This document shows, one piece after another, positions 12,252 through 24,800 of a DNA stretch of 64,000 nt. The notes beneath the pieces are model-generated. The model had not been told where the DNA came from and searched no databases. It saw nothing but the letters and a program-made list of their open reading frames with translations. The DNA is from Octopus sinensis (Eukaryota), in contig NC_043019.1 in assembly GCF_006345805.1 (NCBI RefSeq), positions 3,782,001 to 3,846,000 of the forward strand. Direction: 5' to 3'. Numbering within the stretch: position 1 is the stretch's first letter; every line of letters begins with the position of its first letter. The position numbers and the translations under genes are program-made.

Positions 12252-12572
12252 GGTGCAGGAGTGGCTGTGTGGTAAGTAGCTTGCTTACCAACCACATGGT
12301 TCAGGGTTCATTCCCACTGCGTGGCACCTTGGGCAAGTGTCTTCTCTTATAGCCTCGGGCCGACCAAAGCCTTGTGAGTGGATTTGGCAGACAGAAACTG
12401 AAAGAAGCCCATCGTATATATGTATGCGCAGAAGTGACTGTGTGGTAAGTAGTTTGCTTACCAACCACATGGTTCAGGTTTCGTTCCCACTGCGTGGCAC
12501 CTTGGGCAAGTGTCTTCTATTATAGCCTCGGGCCGACCAAAGCCTTGTGAGTGGATTTGGCAGACAGAAACA
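12252..12572 (+). mobile_element. Two tandem SINE-A 5' halves
   Basis: Family match. Confidence 0.85.
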
Positions 12573-12611
12573 ACTGTTGGACCGGGTCATGAAGTTACAG
12601 AGGGAGCTCAC

Positions 12612-13496
12612 TTAACCCTTTTAATATCAACCCGGCTGAAACCAGCTCTGGCTCTTTAGTATAAATGTCTTAGTTAGTTAATTTTTTGGCTCAAAAAGCA
12701 AAAAGCAAGGCCATGTAGGGGGACATGGAGTTATGTACAGGGTGGTGTTCATGTAAAGAGTTCAGGCCACTTAAGGTCAAGGGAGACTTTGAACCGAGCA
12801 GTCGTCGGCATCTTCACCATCTCGTCTGGCAGCTTATTCCACGGATCCGAATTAAAATCTTCCACCAAACCTTAGTCACAATTTATGTTCCTAACTCTAG
12901 CTTAATGATGACCAAATTATTTTACTAAATTCTTTGTTATATTTAAAATAATTGGAAGAAACACAGAGCATCTCAAAATAAATACAGTAACAAAAGTGTT
13001 AAAGACATTCAGTCAAATGTGTCTTCAATTTGCACAAGATTTGACTGCTATTTCTAACAAGTCCAAACAACTATGTGAAACAAAATCTGCAAATTAACCC
13101 TTTTCATACCAACCCGGCTGATACCGGCTTTGGCTCTGTAATACAAATGCCTTGTTTTCATAAGTTCTGAATTAAAATCTTCCACCAAACCTTAGTCACA
13201 ATTTACGTTCCTGATACTAGCTGAATGATAACTAAGTTATTTTACTAAATTCTTTGTTATATTTAACCCTTTTGATACCAACCCAGCTGAAACCAGCTCT
13301 GGCTTTGTAATACAAATGTCTTGTTTTCACAAGTTTTGAATTAAAATCCTTCACCAAACCTTAGTGACAATTTATGATCGTAACACTATCTTAATGATAA
13401 TGATAATGAAGATATTTTACTAAATTCTTTGTTATATTTAAAATAATTGGAAGAAACACAGAACATCTCAAAATAAATACAGTAACGGAAGGGTTA
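12612..13496. mobile_element. piggyBac MITE cluster: MITE (with CR1 tail insert), 95-bp spacer, partial MITE, MITE
   Basis: TTAACCCTT starts near 12612, 13096 and 13264; ends GGGTTAA near 13496. Confidence 0.8.
12672..12850 (-). mobile_element. CR1 LINE 3' end, 5'-truncated, inserted into a MITE
   Basis: Near-identical to 19138-19320; (TAAC)n tail. Confidence 0.8.
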
Positions 13497-13953
13497 ATTA
13501 GGAAGAGAATTAGGTTAGACGAGATACACATTGGCTTTGTGTGAGGGAGGAGAGCTAGGATACCATCTTCCTAGTTGGACAGCTGCAAGAGACGTCTTTA
13601 GCTAAAAGTAAGCCATTGTACTTGACATTCTTCAACCCGGAACCATGTGGTTGATAAGCAAGCTACTTACCACACAGCCACTACATGATGTATGGGACAT
13701 GCCCATGGCATGTCATACAGCCTTCAGTGTTCACAGAGCATTGAGCAGCGGTGATGATGATGCTGGCATTTTGATACCTGGCGTAAATCATCATCGTACA
13801 AATAACTTTTCTCCTCCATGTCAGATAACTGACTTTGATGTTTCCCCCAACAACCATCGACTGTTCACTAATACATTAAACTTTTTCTGGAAAAAAAGAA
13901 AAAAGACAAAAAGAATCATTAAATTTAGCCCAAATATCCTGTGTGTGCATTAT

Positions 13954-13954
<1 letters not shown>

Positions 13955-13997
<43 letters not shown>

Positions 13998-14365
13998 TAT
14001 TTAGTGCCTGTTTACCATGCTGGCATAGATTGGATATGTCCCATTGTATCTCATCACTCTTCTCTCTCTCTCTTTCTCTCTTTCTCTCTCTCTCTTTCTC
14101 TCTCTCTCTTTCTCTTTCTCTCTTTCTTTCTCTCTTTTCTCTCTTTCTTTCTCTCTCTCTCTCTTTCTCTCTTTCTTTCTCTCTCTTTCTCTCTCTCTCT
14201 CTTTCTACGTCTCCCTCTCTTTCTACGTCTCCCTCTCTTTCTTTCTCTCTCTCTTTCTCTCCCTCCCTCTTTCTTTCTCTCTCTCTCTTTCTTTCTCTTT
14301 CTTTCTCTCTCCCTCTTTCTCTCTCTCTCTTTCTCTCTCTTTCTCTTTCTCGCCCCCCCTCTCCA
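13955..14365. repeat. (CAT)n followed by a (CT)-rich microsatellite
   Basis: Seen directly. Confidence 0.95.
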
Positions 14366-14760
14366 TCTCACACACACACACAACACCTATAGCAACATTA
14401 AAAGAAGTCAACTCCGTTACTGTGTAGTTCATGGTATTTCTGCTTTTCCTTATAACCCACATGTACAGATGTTACTTTCAGTAAACCACAACTATGGCTA
14501 AATATATATATATTCCAGTGACCTACAACCCAAGCTCAATTTGAATTATCATCCAAGCAAAAATCCTATCCTCGTCTATTAAACCATACCATCATCATTA
14601 AGGCTTTTCCTCCTCTCACCATTCGTGTATCTTATTTCAGCTATGGTTAATGCACTTGACAAATGTAATACAGGATGTCTCTGCCTTGTGAAAGCATTTC
14701 ACATATAACCTTTACACTTGCATCGGTTATTTAAATAACCTTGTTTGGAACATCATCAAT

Positions 14761-15300
14761 TTGAATCATTGGCTCTTGGTACCACATCAGGCTTACATAC
14801 TCAAGTGATGCAACCAACGATATGCAATCTTTTCTAAAAGAAAGCTGCTTATTAATTAGTTTAGAATATGTGACTTTTACTTAAAGAAAGCATTAAAGTC
14901 TTCACTATCTAGAAAATTCTTATAAATTCCAATTTTGAAATATTTACATACAGGTTTACATACTCAAGTGATGCAACCAACGATATGCAATCTTTTCTGC
15001 TTATTAATTAGTTTAGAATATGTGACTTTTACTAAAAGAAAGCATTAAAGTCTTCACTATCTAGAAAATTCTTACAAATTCCAATTTTGAAATATTTTTT
15101 TTTATTAGTATATTTGAATCATTGGCTCTTGATACCATATCAGGTTTACATACTCAAGTGATGCAACCAACGATATGCAATCTTTTCTAAAAGAATGCTG
15201 CTTATCAATTAGTTTAGAATATGTCACTTTTACTTAAAGAATGCATTAAAGTCTTCACTATCTAGAAAATTCTTACAAATTCCAATTTTGAAATGTTTTT
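14761..15300. repeat. Tandem repeat, about 3 copies of a 163-190 bp unit
   Basis: CATACTCAAGTGATGCAACCAACGATATGCAATC at 14796, 14959 and 15149. Confidence 0.9.
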
Positions 15301-15357
15301 TTTATTAGTATATGGTTTACAGGTTTCTTTTAGTATTGAAGATTTCAACTTCATGAT

Positions 15358-15830
15358 TCTCTTTTACTCTTTTACTTGTTTCAGTCATTTGACTGTGGCC
15401 ATGCTGGAACACCGCCTTTTAGTCAAGCAAATCGACCCAGGACTTATTCTTTGTAAGCCTAGTACTTATTCTATTGGTCTCTTTTGCCGAACCGCTAAGT
15501 TACGGGGACGTAAACACACCAGCATCGGTTGTCAAGCGATGTTGGGAGGACAAACACAGACACACAAACATATACACACTAACATACATACATACATATA
15601 TATATATATATACAACGGGCTCCTATCTGTTTCCGTCTACCAAATCCACTCACAAGGCTTTGGTTGGCCAAGGATATAGTAGAAAACACTTGCCCAAGGT
15701 GCCATGCAGTGGGACTGAACCTGGAACTGTGTGATTCGTAAGCTAGCTACTTACCACACAGCCAATGGGCTTCTTTCAGTTTCCGTCTACCAAATCCACT
15801 CACAAGGCTTTGGTTGGCCTGAGGCTATAG
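15358..15830 (-). mobile_element. SINE-A with a duplicated segment
   Basis: Family match. Confidence 0.85.
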
Positions 15831-16169
15831 TAGAAAAGAGTTGTCCAAGGTGCCAAGGTCGACTTTGCCTTTCATCCTTTCGGGGTTGATTAAATAAGTA
15901 CCAGGTACGCACTGGGGTCGATGTAATCGACTTAATCCCTTTGTCTGTCCTTGTTTGTCCCCTCTGTGTTTAGCCCCTTTTGAGCAGTAAAGAAATAGGT
16001 AAAGTGTGACGAAAGAACTCTGACCAAAATACAATTAATGTAAAAAATAAAACACAGCTGAAGCAAATTAACACTAAATATACAGTGCATATGTTTTGCT
16101 GGCTAAACTGGCAACATGATTATCCCCAAATGCAACAATATTATTATTAATATTATCATTATTATTATT

Positions 16170-16835
16170 AGTGTGGAGGCGCAATGGCCCAGTGGTTAGG
16201 GCAGCGGACTCGCGGTCATAGAATCGCGGTTTCGATTCCCAGACTTGGCGTTGTGAGTGTTTATTGAGCGAAAACACCTAAAGCCCCATGAGGCTCCGGC
16301 AGGGGATGGTGGTGAACCCTGCTGTACTCTTTCACCACAACTTTCTCTCACTCTTACTTCCTGTTTCTGTTATACCTGTATTTCAAAGGGCCGGCCTTGT
16401 CACTCTCTGTGTCACGTTGAATATCCCCGAGAACTACGTTAAGGGTACACGTGTCTGTGGAGTGCTCAGCCACTTACACGTTAATTTTTCACGAGCAGGC
16501 TGTTCTGTTGATTCGGATCAACCGGAACCCTCGTCGTCGTGACCGACGGAGTGCTTCCACCACCACGTACGTACGGCGCGTCGTGTCCTTAAGCAAGATA
16601 TTTTATTTTATGCTGCTCCAATTCTCTCAGCCCGCAAAAATGAGTTGTAGCCGCAATCCAAAAGGGCCACCCTTATCATACTCAGTGCCACGCTGAATCT
16701 CCCTACGAACTACATTAGGGGTACACGTGTCTGTGGAGTGCTCAGCCACTTACACGTTAATTTCACGAGCAGGTTGTTCCGTTGATACGGATCAACCGGA
16801 ACCCTCGTCGTCGTAACTGACGGAGTGCTTCCATC
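16170..16835 (+). mobile_element. SINE-D full copy plus a partial tandem copy
   Basis: tRNA-like head (TGGCCCAGTGG, GGTTTCGATTCCC); 3' CCCTCGTCGTCGT..GACGGAGTGCTTCC repeated. Confidence 0.85.
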
Positions 16836-17227
16836 CATTATTATTATTAGTAACATTTAATCACTAGAACACAAGAATCTCATGTTCTGCAGATTAATAC
16901 AACATAATTCAAATGGCGGAATAATTTTTATGTGATGAGGAAGAAGACGGGTCTAATATTTCCAGCGAAACCCTTCCAGGGAACGAAATGTTTACTGGTG
17001 TTGAAAGATAAACAAAGTGGGATTAGAGGGAAGGAAAGAAAAGGGTTATGAGATGAGGAGGGGGAGGAAGTGTTACTGGTGAGGGTCAATGGTCAGAGTG
17101 AGAAGGAAATAATGGTATGGTTAGGAGATTTAGAAAAACCATTGAGAAGAGGCGAAATCAAGTTGATGGAATGTAAACTGTGTAACAAAACATTTTTATC
17201 TGGAATGTTGTCAGCTCTGCCACTCTT

Positions 17228-17715
17228 CACAATAATAATAATAACAATAATAATAATAACAATAATAATAATAACAATAATAATAATAATAATAATAATA
17301 ACAATAATAATAATAATAACAACAATAACAACAACAATAATAATAATAATAATAATAACAATAATAATAATAATGATAATAAAAATGATAACAATAATAA
17401 TAATAATAAAAATAATAACAATAATAACAACAATAATAATAATAATAATAATAACAATAATAATAATAATAATAATAATAAAAATAATAATAATAAAATA
17501 AAAATAATTACAATCATAATAATAACAACAATAATAACAATAACAATAATAATAACAATAATTACAATAATGATGATAATAATAACATTGATAATAATAA
17601 TAATAATAACAATGATAATAACAATAATAATAATAATAACAATAATAATAATAATAATAACAACAACAACATTAATAATAGTAATAATAATAATAATAAC
17701 AATAATAATAATACA
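17228..17715. repeat. (AAT)n/(AAC)n microsatellite
   Basis: Seen directly. Confidence 0.95.
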
Positions 17716-17719
17716 ACAA

Positions 17720-18142
17720 TAGATTTGCTTGTCAGTGTTTGACCTTAACCAGGAGCATGTCCCTTATTGGCTGACGATATGTGCTATCTCTGATCACGAG
17801 CAGAAGTAGTGGGGGGAGCATCATAGCCATGTGTTGAGAGGGATTCTTTGGGGGTGAATAGTTCACCTCTGGAAACATGGGTGGTTCTTTCAACATCCTT
17901 AAACAACCCTTATTCAGGGACCGTTTGAGCGGAGGGGCTACTCAACTGAAGAAAATTCTAACTGGGCCCACCCGCAAGGTCATGTGCTGTTTATCTTGAT
18001 ATGAGATCACCATGTCGCGCACATATGGTTGTGATGCATGTGCCTGGTGTACCCTTATCAGACGGGTAGTCATGATGGGTATATTGGGCTTCGTATATTT
18101 TACCCCAGTGTCACTTTGATGGCATGAACTGCTCTCTCACTC

Positions 18143-18182
<40 letters not shown>
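17720..18182 (+). mobile_element. Probable retroposon 3' portion with an (AAT)n tail
   Basis: GC-richer block ending CTCTCACTC(AAT)n, embedded in an AAT microsatellite; single copy here. Confidence 0.45.
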
Positions 18183-18186
<4 letters not shown>

Positions 18187-18496
18187 GAATGAGATAATAA
18201 TAATCAATTAGTTGTCGAAGTTATTTCGGATTTATGATACTGTATTAATAACTGAATCAAGGTCTGAGGTGTGCGTGCGTCTGCACGCATGCCTCTGCAT
18301 AGATGTGCACTCACGTGAATAGCGATTCGTTAATGCATGAACAGCTGGCTAAATTAACATGCTGCATGTTGCACGAGATTAGGCCATCATCGAGTTCAGA
18401 TGACATGTTCGCAGGAAATGTTTAACGAAGTAGATGACGATGAAAACAACAACAACAACAACAACAATAGGTGCGTTATACATCTTCTTTGCTCTC

Positions 18497-18689
18497 TTTT
18501 ACTTGTTTCAGTCATTTTGACTGCGGCCATGCTGGAGCACTGCCTTTTTTAGTCGAGCAAATCGACCCCGGGACGTATTCTTTGGAAGCCTAGTACTTAT
18601 TCTATCGGTTCTCTTTTGCCGAACTGCTAAGTTAGAGGGACGTAAACACACCAGCATCGGTTGTCAAGCGATGTTGGTGGGGGGGACAA

Positions 18690-18722
<33 letters not shown>

Positions 18723-18868
18723 CATCATCATCATTATCATCGTTTAACGTCCGTTTTCCATGCTAGCATGGGTTGGATGGTTCGACCGAGGTCTGGGAAG
18801 CCAGGAGGCTGCACCAGGCTCCGGTCTGATCTGGCAGTGTTTCTACAGCTGGATGCATTATATATAAT

Positions 18869-18915
<47 letters not shown>

Positions 18916-19072
18916 GATGGGCTTCTTTCAGTTCCCGTCTACCAAATCCATTCACAAGTCAGTCCGAGGCTATAGTAGAAGACACTTGCCCAAGGTGCCA
19001 TGCAGTGGAACTGAACCCAGAACTATGTGGTTGGTAAGCAAGCGACTTACCACACAGCCACTCCTGTGCCTA
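18497..19072 (-). mobile_element. SINE-A with a SINE-C fragment nested in its microsatellite
   Basis: SINE-C tail at 18723-18858 lies between the two SINE-A halves. Confidence 0.85.
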
Positions 19073-19137
19073 TATATGCTGCAAAAAAGTCATTTGGATA
19101 AACACACAATGGAAACACCAAGACTTACGAACATATG

Positions 19138-19750
19138 TTAGTTAGTTAATTTTTTGGCTCAAAAGCAAAAAGCAAGGCCGTGTAGAGGGACATGCAGTTA
19201 AGTACAGGGTGGTGTTCATGTAAAGAGTTCAGGCCACTTGAGGTCAAGGGAGACTTTGAACAAAGCGGTCGTCGGTTTCTTCACCATCTCGTCTGGCAGC
19301 TTGTTCCACGGATCCGCAACCCGGACGGAGAAAGCTCCTCTCCTTCGATTGAGATGAAATCGTCGCAGGTAGAGCTTTTCGGAGTGACCCCGCAGCCGAC
19401 GCTCTGGAGCAGGAGTGAAGAACAGCTCTTTCGAGAGGTTACACTTTCCGCTTATGATGTTGTGAGCGAGAATGAGATCACCACGGCGGCAGCGTTTTTC
19501 TAGAAAATAAAGGTCGAGCGTCTTCAGCCTTTCTTCATAAGACAAATTCTTGAGACCATGAACCATGCGGGTAGCCAGCTTCTGAACTCTTTCGAGATGC
19601 TGTATGTCTTTGAGGAGATAAGGAGAAGAGGCTATATAACACAGAAAATACTATGGTTAGGCACTGCACACATTCTACGCAGAGCACTTTCATTTCGGTA
19701 AAAATAACGCCAAAACAACTCAAGGTGCACAAAGCTGCATATAGCAGTGC
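19138..19750 (-). mobile_element. CR1-clade LINE 3' fragment (ORF2 C-terminus plus 3' UTR)
   Basis: SPYLLKDIQHLERVQKLATRMVHGLKNLSYEERLKTLDL..LEKR..RGDLI..LRGHSEKL..FSVRVADPWNKLP. Confidence 0.92.
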
Positions 19751-19984
19751 AGTGAAAGTATGCAATGAAAATAAGATTACCAAATAATAATGATGATAAT
19801 AATATTAATAATAATAATAATCCTTTCTATTATTGGCACAGGGCCTGAAATTTGAGGCGAGGATGACTAGTTGATTACACTGACCCCAGTGCTCAGCTGG
19901 TACTTGGTTTTAGTACAAGGCCAAAATTTTCAAATTTTGGCACAAGGCCAGCAAGTCTGGGGGTGATATGATTCAGTTACAATA

Positions 19985-20783
19985 AGGTGGCGAGCTGGCA
20001 GAATCGTTAGCACGCCGGGCGAAATGCGTAGCCGTATTTCGTCTGCCGTTACGTTCTGAGTTCAAATTCCGCCGAGGTCGACTTTGCCTTTCATCCTTTC
20101 GGGGTCGATAAATTAAGTACCAGTTACGCACTGGGGTCGATGTAATCGACTTAATCCGTTTGTCTGTCCTTGTTTGTCCCCTCTGTGTTTAGCCCCTTGT
20201 GGGTAGTAAAGAAATAGGTATTTCATCCGTCTTTACGTTCTGTGTTCAAATTCCGCCGAGGTCGATTTTGCCTTTCATCCTTTCGTGGTCGATAAATTAA
20301 GTACCAGTTACGCACTGGGGTCGATGTAATCGACTTAATCCATTTGTCTGTCCTTGTTTATCCCCTCTTTGTTTAGCCCCTTGTGGGTAGTAAAGAAATA
20401 GGTATTTCGTCTGCCGTTACGTTCTCAGTTCAAATTCCGCCGAGGTCGACTTTGCTTTTCATCCTTTCGGGGTCGATAAATTAAGTACCAGTTACGCACT
20501 ATGGTCGATGTAATCGACTTAATCCGTTTGTCTGTCCTTGTTTGTCCTCTTTGTGTTTAGTCCCATGTGGGTAGTAAAGAAAGAGGTATTTCGTCTGTCA
20601 TTACGTTCTGAGTTCAAATTCTGCCGAGGTCGGCTTTGCCTTTCATCCTTTCGGGGTCGATAAATTAAGTACCAGTTACGCACTGGGGTCGTTGTAATCG
20701 ACTTAATCCGTTTGTCTGTCCTTGTTTGTCCTTGTTTGTCTTCTTTGTGTTTAGCCCCCTGTGGGTAGTAAAGAAATAGGTAT
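19985..20783 (+). mobile_element. SINE-B array: one head plus four bodies, ~17-bp TSD
   Basis: Junctions AATAGGTATTTC at about 20219, 20402 and 20587. Confidence 0.9.
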
Positions 20784-21084
20784 GATTCAATTACATTGAC
20801 CCCAGCATTCAACTGGTACTTAATTTATTGACCCCGAAGGGATGAAAGGCAAAGTCAATCACTAAGCCATATGCCTTCACACACATACACACACACACAT
20901 TTATATATATATATTAGTAGCCTTGAAGTCGCCCTTGGGGTGGCATTCAGGCTAGCTCCTACGGAGGGCACCTTTGAGGCCTCTGGTCCCACTATCGGGC
21001 ACTTCATGGCCCTCTACCCTTGTATAATGAAACTTATTTCTGCAAATGTACTAAGTACTGATACTGATCATAGTTTGATCAATA

Positions 21085-21500
21085 AGCGCAGAAGTGGCTG
21101 TGTGGTAAGTAGCTTGCTTACCAACCAGATGGTTCCGGGTTCAGTCCCACTGCGTGGCATCTTGGGCAAGTGTCTTCTACTATAGCCTCGGGCCGACCAA
21201 AGCCTTGTGAGTGGATTTGGTAGACGGAAACTGAAAGAAGCCCGTCGTATGTATGTATATATATATATATATATGTATGTGTATATATGTCTGTGTGCCT
21301 GTGTTTGTCCCCCTAGCATTGCTTGACAACCGATGCTGGTGTGTTTATGTCTCCGTTACTTAGCAGTTCGGCAAAAGAGACCGATAGAATAAGTACTAGG
21401 CTTACAAAAGAATAAGTCCCGGGGTCGAGTTGCTCGATTAAAGGCGGTGCTCCAGCATGGCCACAGTCAAATGACTGAAACAAGTAAAATAGTAAAAGAG
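21085..21500 (+). mobile_element. SINE-A
   Basis: Family match. Confidence 0.9.
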
Positions 21501-21917
21501 TAAGCATATGAGTGAGGTAAATGCAGTAAGAATAGGGGGTCAGTAGGGCCCCATTTAAGCAGCCCTTCAGAAATTGAACCTCCTTATGATCCTCCCGGGA
21601 GTCCATGCTATGAAATTCATTGTCATTGCTCCAGTTTGGTCTCCGATATCATGTATTTAGTTTAAAATGCAGTAAAAATAGGGCAGCTCTTTAAAAAAAT
21701 AGACCCTTCCCCCACTCCTTAGGATATTCCCTGGGATTGGGGGAGTTGCTGGTTTGAGTTTCGTTGTCCTTATACCGAGGGCCTAGGAAGAGTCAACGAC
21801 CATAAAATCGTAACAGACAGAGAAACATCGCTCAAATTTATATTCAGACTAGCTATTTTGACCCGTGCTTCGCTAGGGTTTTGGTGGTGGGGTTGTTTTG
21901 TGGTGAGTTGGAAGAAA

Positions 21918-22128
21918 TGTTAGCACGCGAAATGCTTAGCGGTATTTCGTCTGCCGCTACGTTGTGAGTTCAAATTCCGCCAATGTTGACTTTGCCTTTC
22001 ATCCTTTCGGGGTCGATTAAGTAAGTACCAGTTACGCACTGGGGTCGATATAATCAACTTAATCCGTTTGTGTGTCCTTGTTTGTCCTCTCTGTGTTTGG
22101 CCCCTTGTGGATAGTAAAGAAACAGGTG
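21918..22128 (+). mobile_element. SINE-B, 5'-truncated
   Basis: Family match. Confidence 0.85.
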
Positions 22129-22879
22129 TTGTTTTGTGCGTGTTGTCTCCTTTGCCCTTTCTTTGTTTGTTCATCTTCTTTGCCTTTCCTTACCATGGCA
22201 ACCAAACGGTAGCCCCGATCGACTTGCAACCCCCCTCACACCATTGCCCACCCCATTTTAACCCCCAGTGTAAATTTTGGCGCCAATCCAACCCCGTCTA
22301 CCTCCCCTTAAACCGTTCCCATCCCCAAATGAGGCAAATAAGCAAGAAATCAAACAACTTTTTCGCATTTCAGCTTTATAGATATTGGTATACGATGGGC
22401 TTCTTTTAGTTTCCATTTGCCACATCTATTTTTTTTGTGGACCAAAGGCTATAGTAGAAGACACTCTGCCCAAGGTGCTATATAGAGGGATTGAACCCAA
22501 GACGATTTGGATGGGAATCAAGCTTCTCCACCACACACCCATGCCTATTATCATCATCATCATCAATAATTATCTATTTATGCAATTAGAACGATTTCTT
22601 CATTCCCCTCTTCATTTATCTACCCCGCCCCCACCTCTCACTGCCTCTTAACATGCATGCCAAAAGCCATACCTGCAACATCTCTTTCGGTCTCTCTACT
22701 TCATGGAAACGCTGATATGTCGTTAAAGTTTACTAATCTGTGATAATTTCATTATCTCTCTCTATTTCGTGAGAACTTTAACAGGTTGTTTAGTTATCTG
22801 AACTGAATACTACTCAGTTGTTAGATCTAAGTTTAGCTGTCTATTTATAAATTGGGAAATTTTGTGGAAAAAACCCCCC

Positions 22880-23048
22880 AAAAGACGAAGACAGGTGGTG
22901 TACAAAACAAACTGATGTATTAGTATAGCGCTCAGGAATAGAAAATGTCTTTTACGTTTCGAGCCTACGCCCTTCTACAGAAAGGGACACAGAAAAAAAC
23001 AAGGAGAGAAAATACATACATACATACATATATACATATATACATACA

Positions 23049-23079
<31 letters not shown>

Positions 23080-23480
23080 ATATATATATAGGGAGAGTTT
23101 ACGAAAAAACAAAAGACGAAGACAGGTGGTGTACAAAACAAACAGATGTATTAGTATAACGCTCAGGAATAGAAAAAGTCTTTTACGTTTCGAGCCTACG
23201 CTCTTCTACAGAAGGGACACAGAAAAAACAAGGAGAGAAAATACATACATACATGTATACATACATACATACATATACATATTTACATATATACTTACAT
23301 ATATATATAGGGAGAGTTTACAAAAAAAACAAAAGACGAAGACAGGTGGTGTACAAAACAAACAGATGTATTAGTATAACGCTCAGGAATAGAAAAAGTC
23401 TTTTACGTTTTGAGCCTACGCTCTTCTACTGAAAGGGACACAGAAAAAACGAGGAGTGAAACAGGGAGAGAAAAAAATGT
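22880..23480 (-). repeat. Three tandem ~150-bp Penelope-like terminal units separated by microsatellites, each with a hammerhead-like motif
   Basis: Minus strand CTGTAGAAGAGCGTAGGCTCGAAACGTA (23184-23211) and variants in units 1 and 3. Confidence 0.65.
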
Positions 23481-23504
23481 GTGTAGTGGCTATAAATTGT
23501 CTGC

Positions 23505-24085
23505 ATGGCTGTGTGGTTAAGAAGTTTGCTTGCCAACTGCTTGGTTTCAGGTTCAGTCTCACTACATGGCACCAAGGACAAGCGTCTGGTGCAACACCCT
23601 TGGGATGACCAAACCTTTGAGTGGATTTGGTAGGTGGAAATTGATGAGGGGACTACAGTGGTTTAGTCACACATTGCCGCACCTCCATGTTGAACTCATC
23701 CAGAAGGCGGTAGCACCAGATCCTTCCCCCTGGGTTTGCGTAACTTGGGCAAGTGTCTTCTACCATAGCCTCGGGCCGACCAAAGCCTTGTGAGTGGATT
23801 TGGTAGACGGAAACTGAAAGAAGCCCGTTGTATATATGTATATATATATATATATATGCATGTATGTGTTTGTGTGTCTGTGTTTGTCCCCTAGCATTGC
23901 TTGACAACCGATGCTGGTGTGTTTCTGTCCCCGTCACTTAGCGGTTCGGCAAAAGAGAACCGATAGAATAAGTACTGGGCTTACAAAAGAATAAGTCCCG
24001 GGGTCGAGTTGCTCGACTAAAAGGCGGTGCTCCAGCATGGCCACAGTCAACTGACGGAAACGAGTAAAAGAGAGAGAGTAAAGAG
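23505..24085 (+). mobile_element. Degenerate SINE-A 5' part plus a 5'-truncated SINE-A
   Basis: Family match. Confidence 0.8.
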
Positions 24086-24407
24086 TATACAAATAAATTT
24101 AATTTTGTTATTAATTAAATGATAACGAGGAACATGTAATTATATTTAACTAACCCCTCTCAACTCAGTTTACCACAAGTAATTCAAGACAAAACTGAAT
24201 ATTTATCACCCATAGGTTTTTCACGGGTACCCTTTTAGTTCACTTATAAGGTTGAGTGATCTCCACTGCGGGGTCAGTCCATTATACACTTGTAGGGGAA
24301 GGGTTGCAGCAAAGACATTCTTGTTTGTTAATTTTCCCCACTTTACTTTACTCTCTCCCTGCAAGCTTTATCTTCTGACATGAAAAGATGAAGAGCTTTT
24401 ATTATCT

Positions 24408-24479
24408 TACTACTACTACTACTGCTGCTGCTACTACTACTACTACTACTACTGCTATGACTACTACTGCTGCTGCTGT

Positions 24480-24512
<33 letters not shown>

Positions 24513-24527
24513 CACTGCTGCTGTTAT

Positions 24528-24558
<31 letters not shown>

Positions 24559-24800
24559 GTTACTACTACTACTACTACTATTACAACTACTACTACTATT
24601 ACTACTTAGTGACCCCCTTCGGTCAGACACTGACCATGGGTTTGCACCTAGAGAGTTACCCTCTGAGGCACAGGTCTGGGCAAGGTTGTTTTATGGAAGA
24701 CCAGCAGTCGCCCATGCTACTACTATTACTACTACTATCACTACTACTACTACTACTACTACTGCTGCTGCTGCTGTTACTACTACTACCGACACTACCA
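24408..24800. repeat. (ACT)n/(GCT)n microsatellite with an embedded SINE-F 3' fragment (24610-24718)
   Basis: Seen directly. Confidence 0.85.

Noticed and set aside
16170-16250. tRNA gene (likewise other SINE heads)
   Set aside because: A and B boxes are present but there is no complete cloverleaf or acceptor stem, and the sequence runs into SINE bodies
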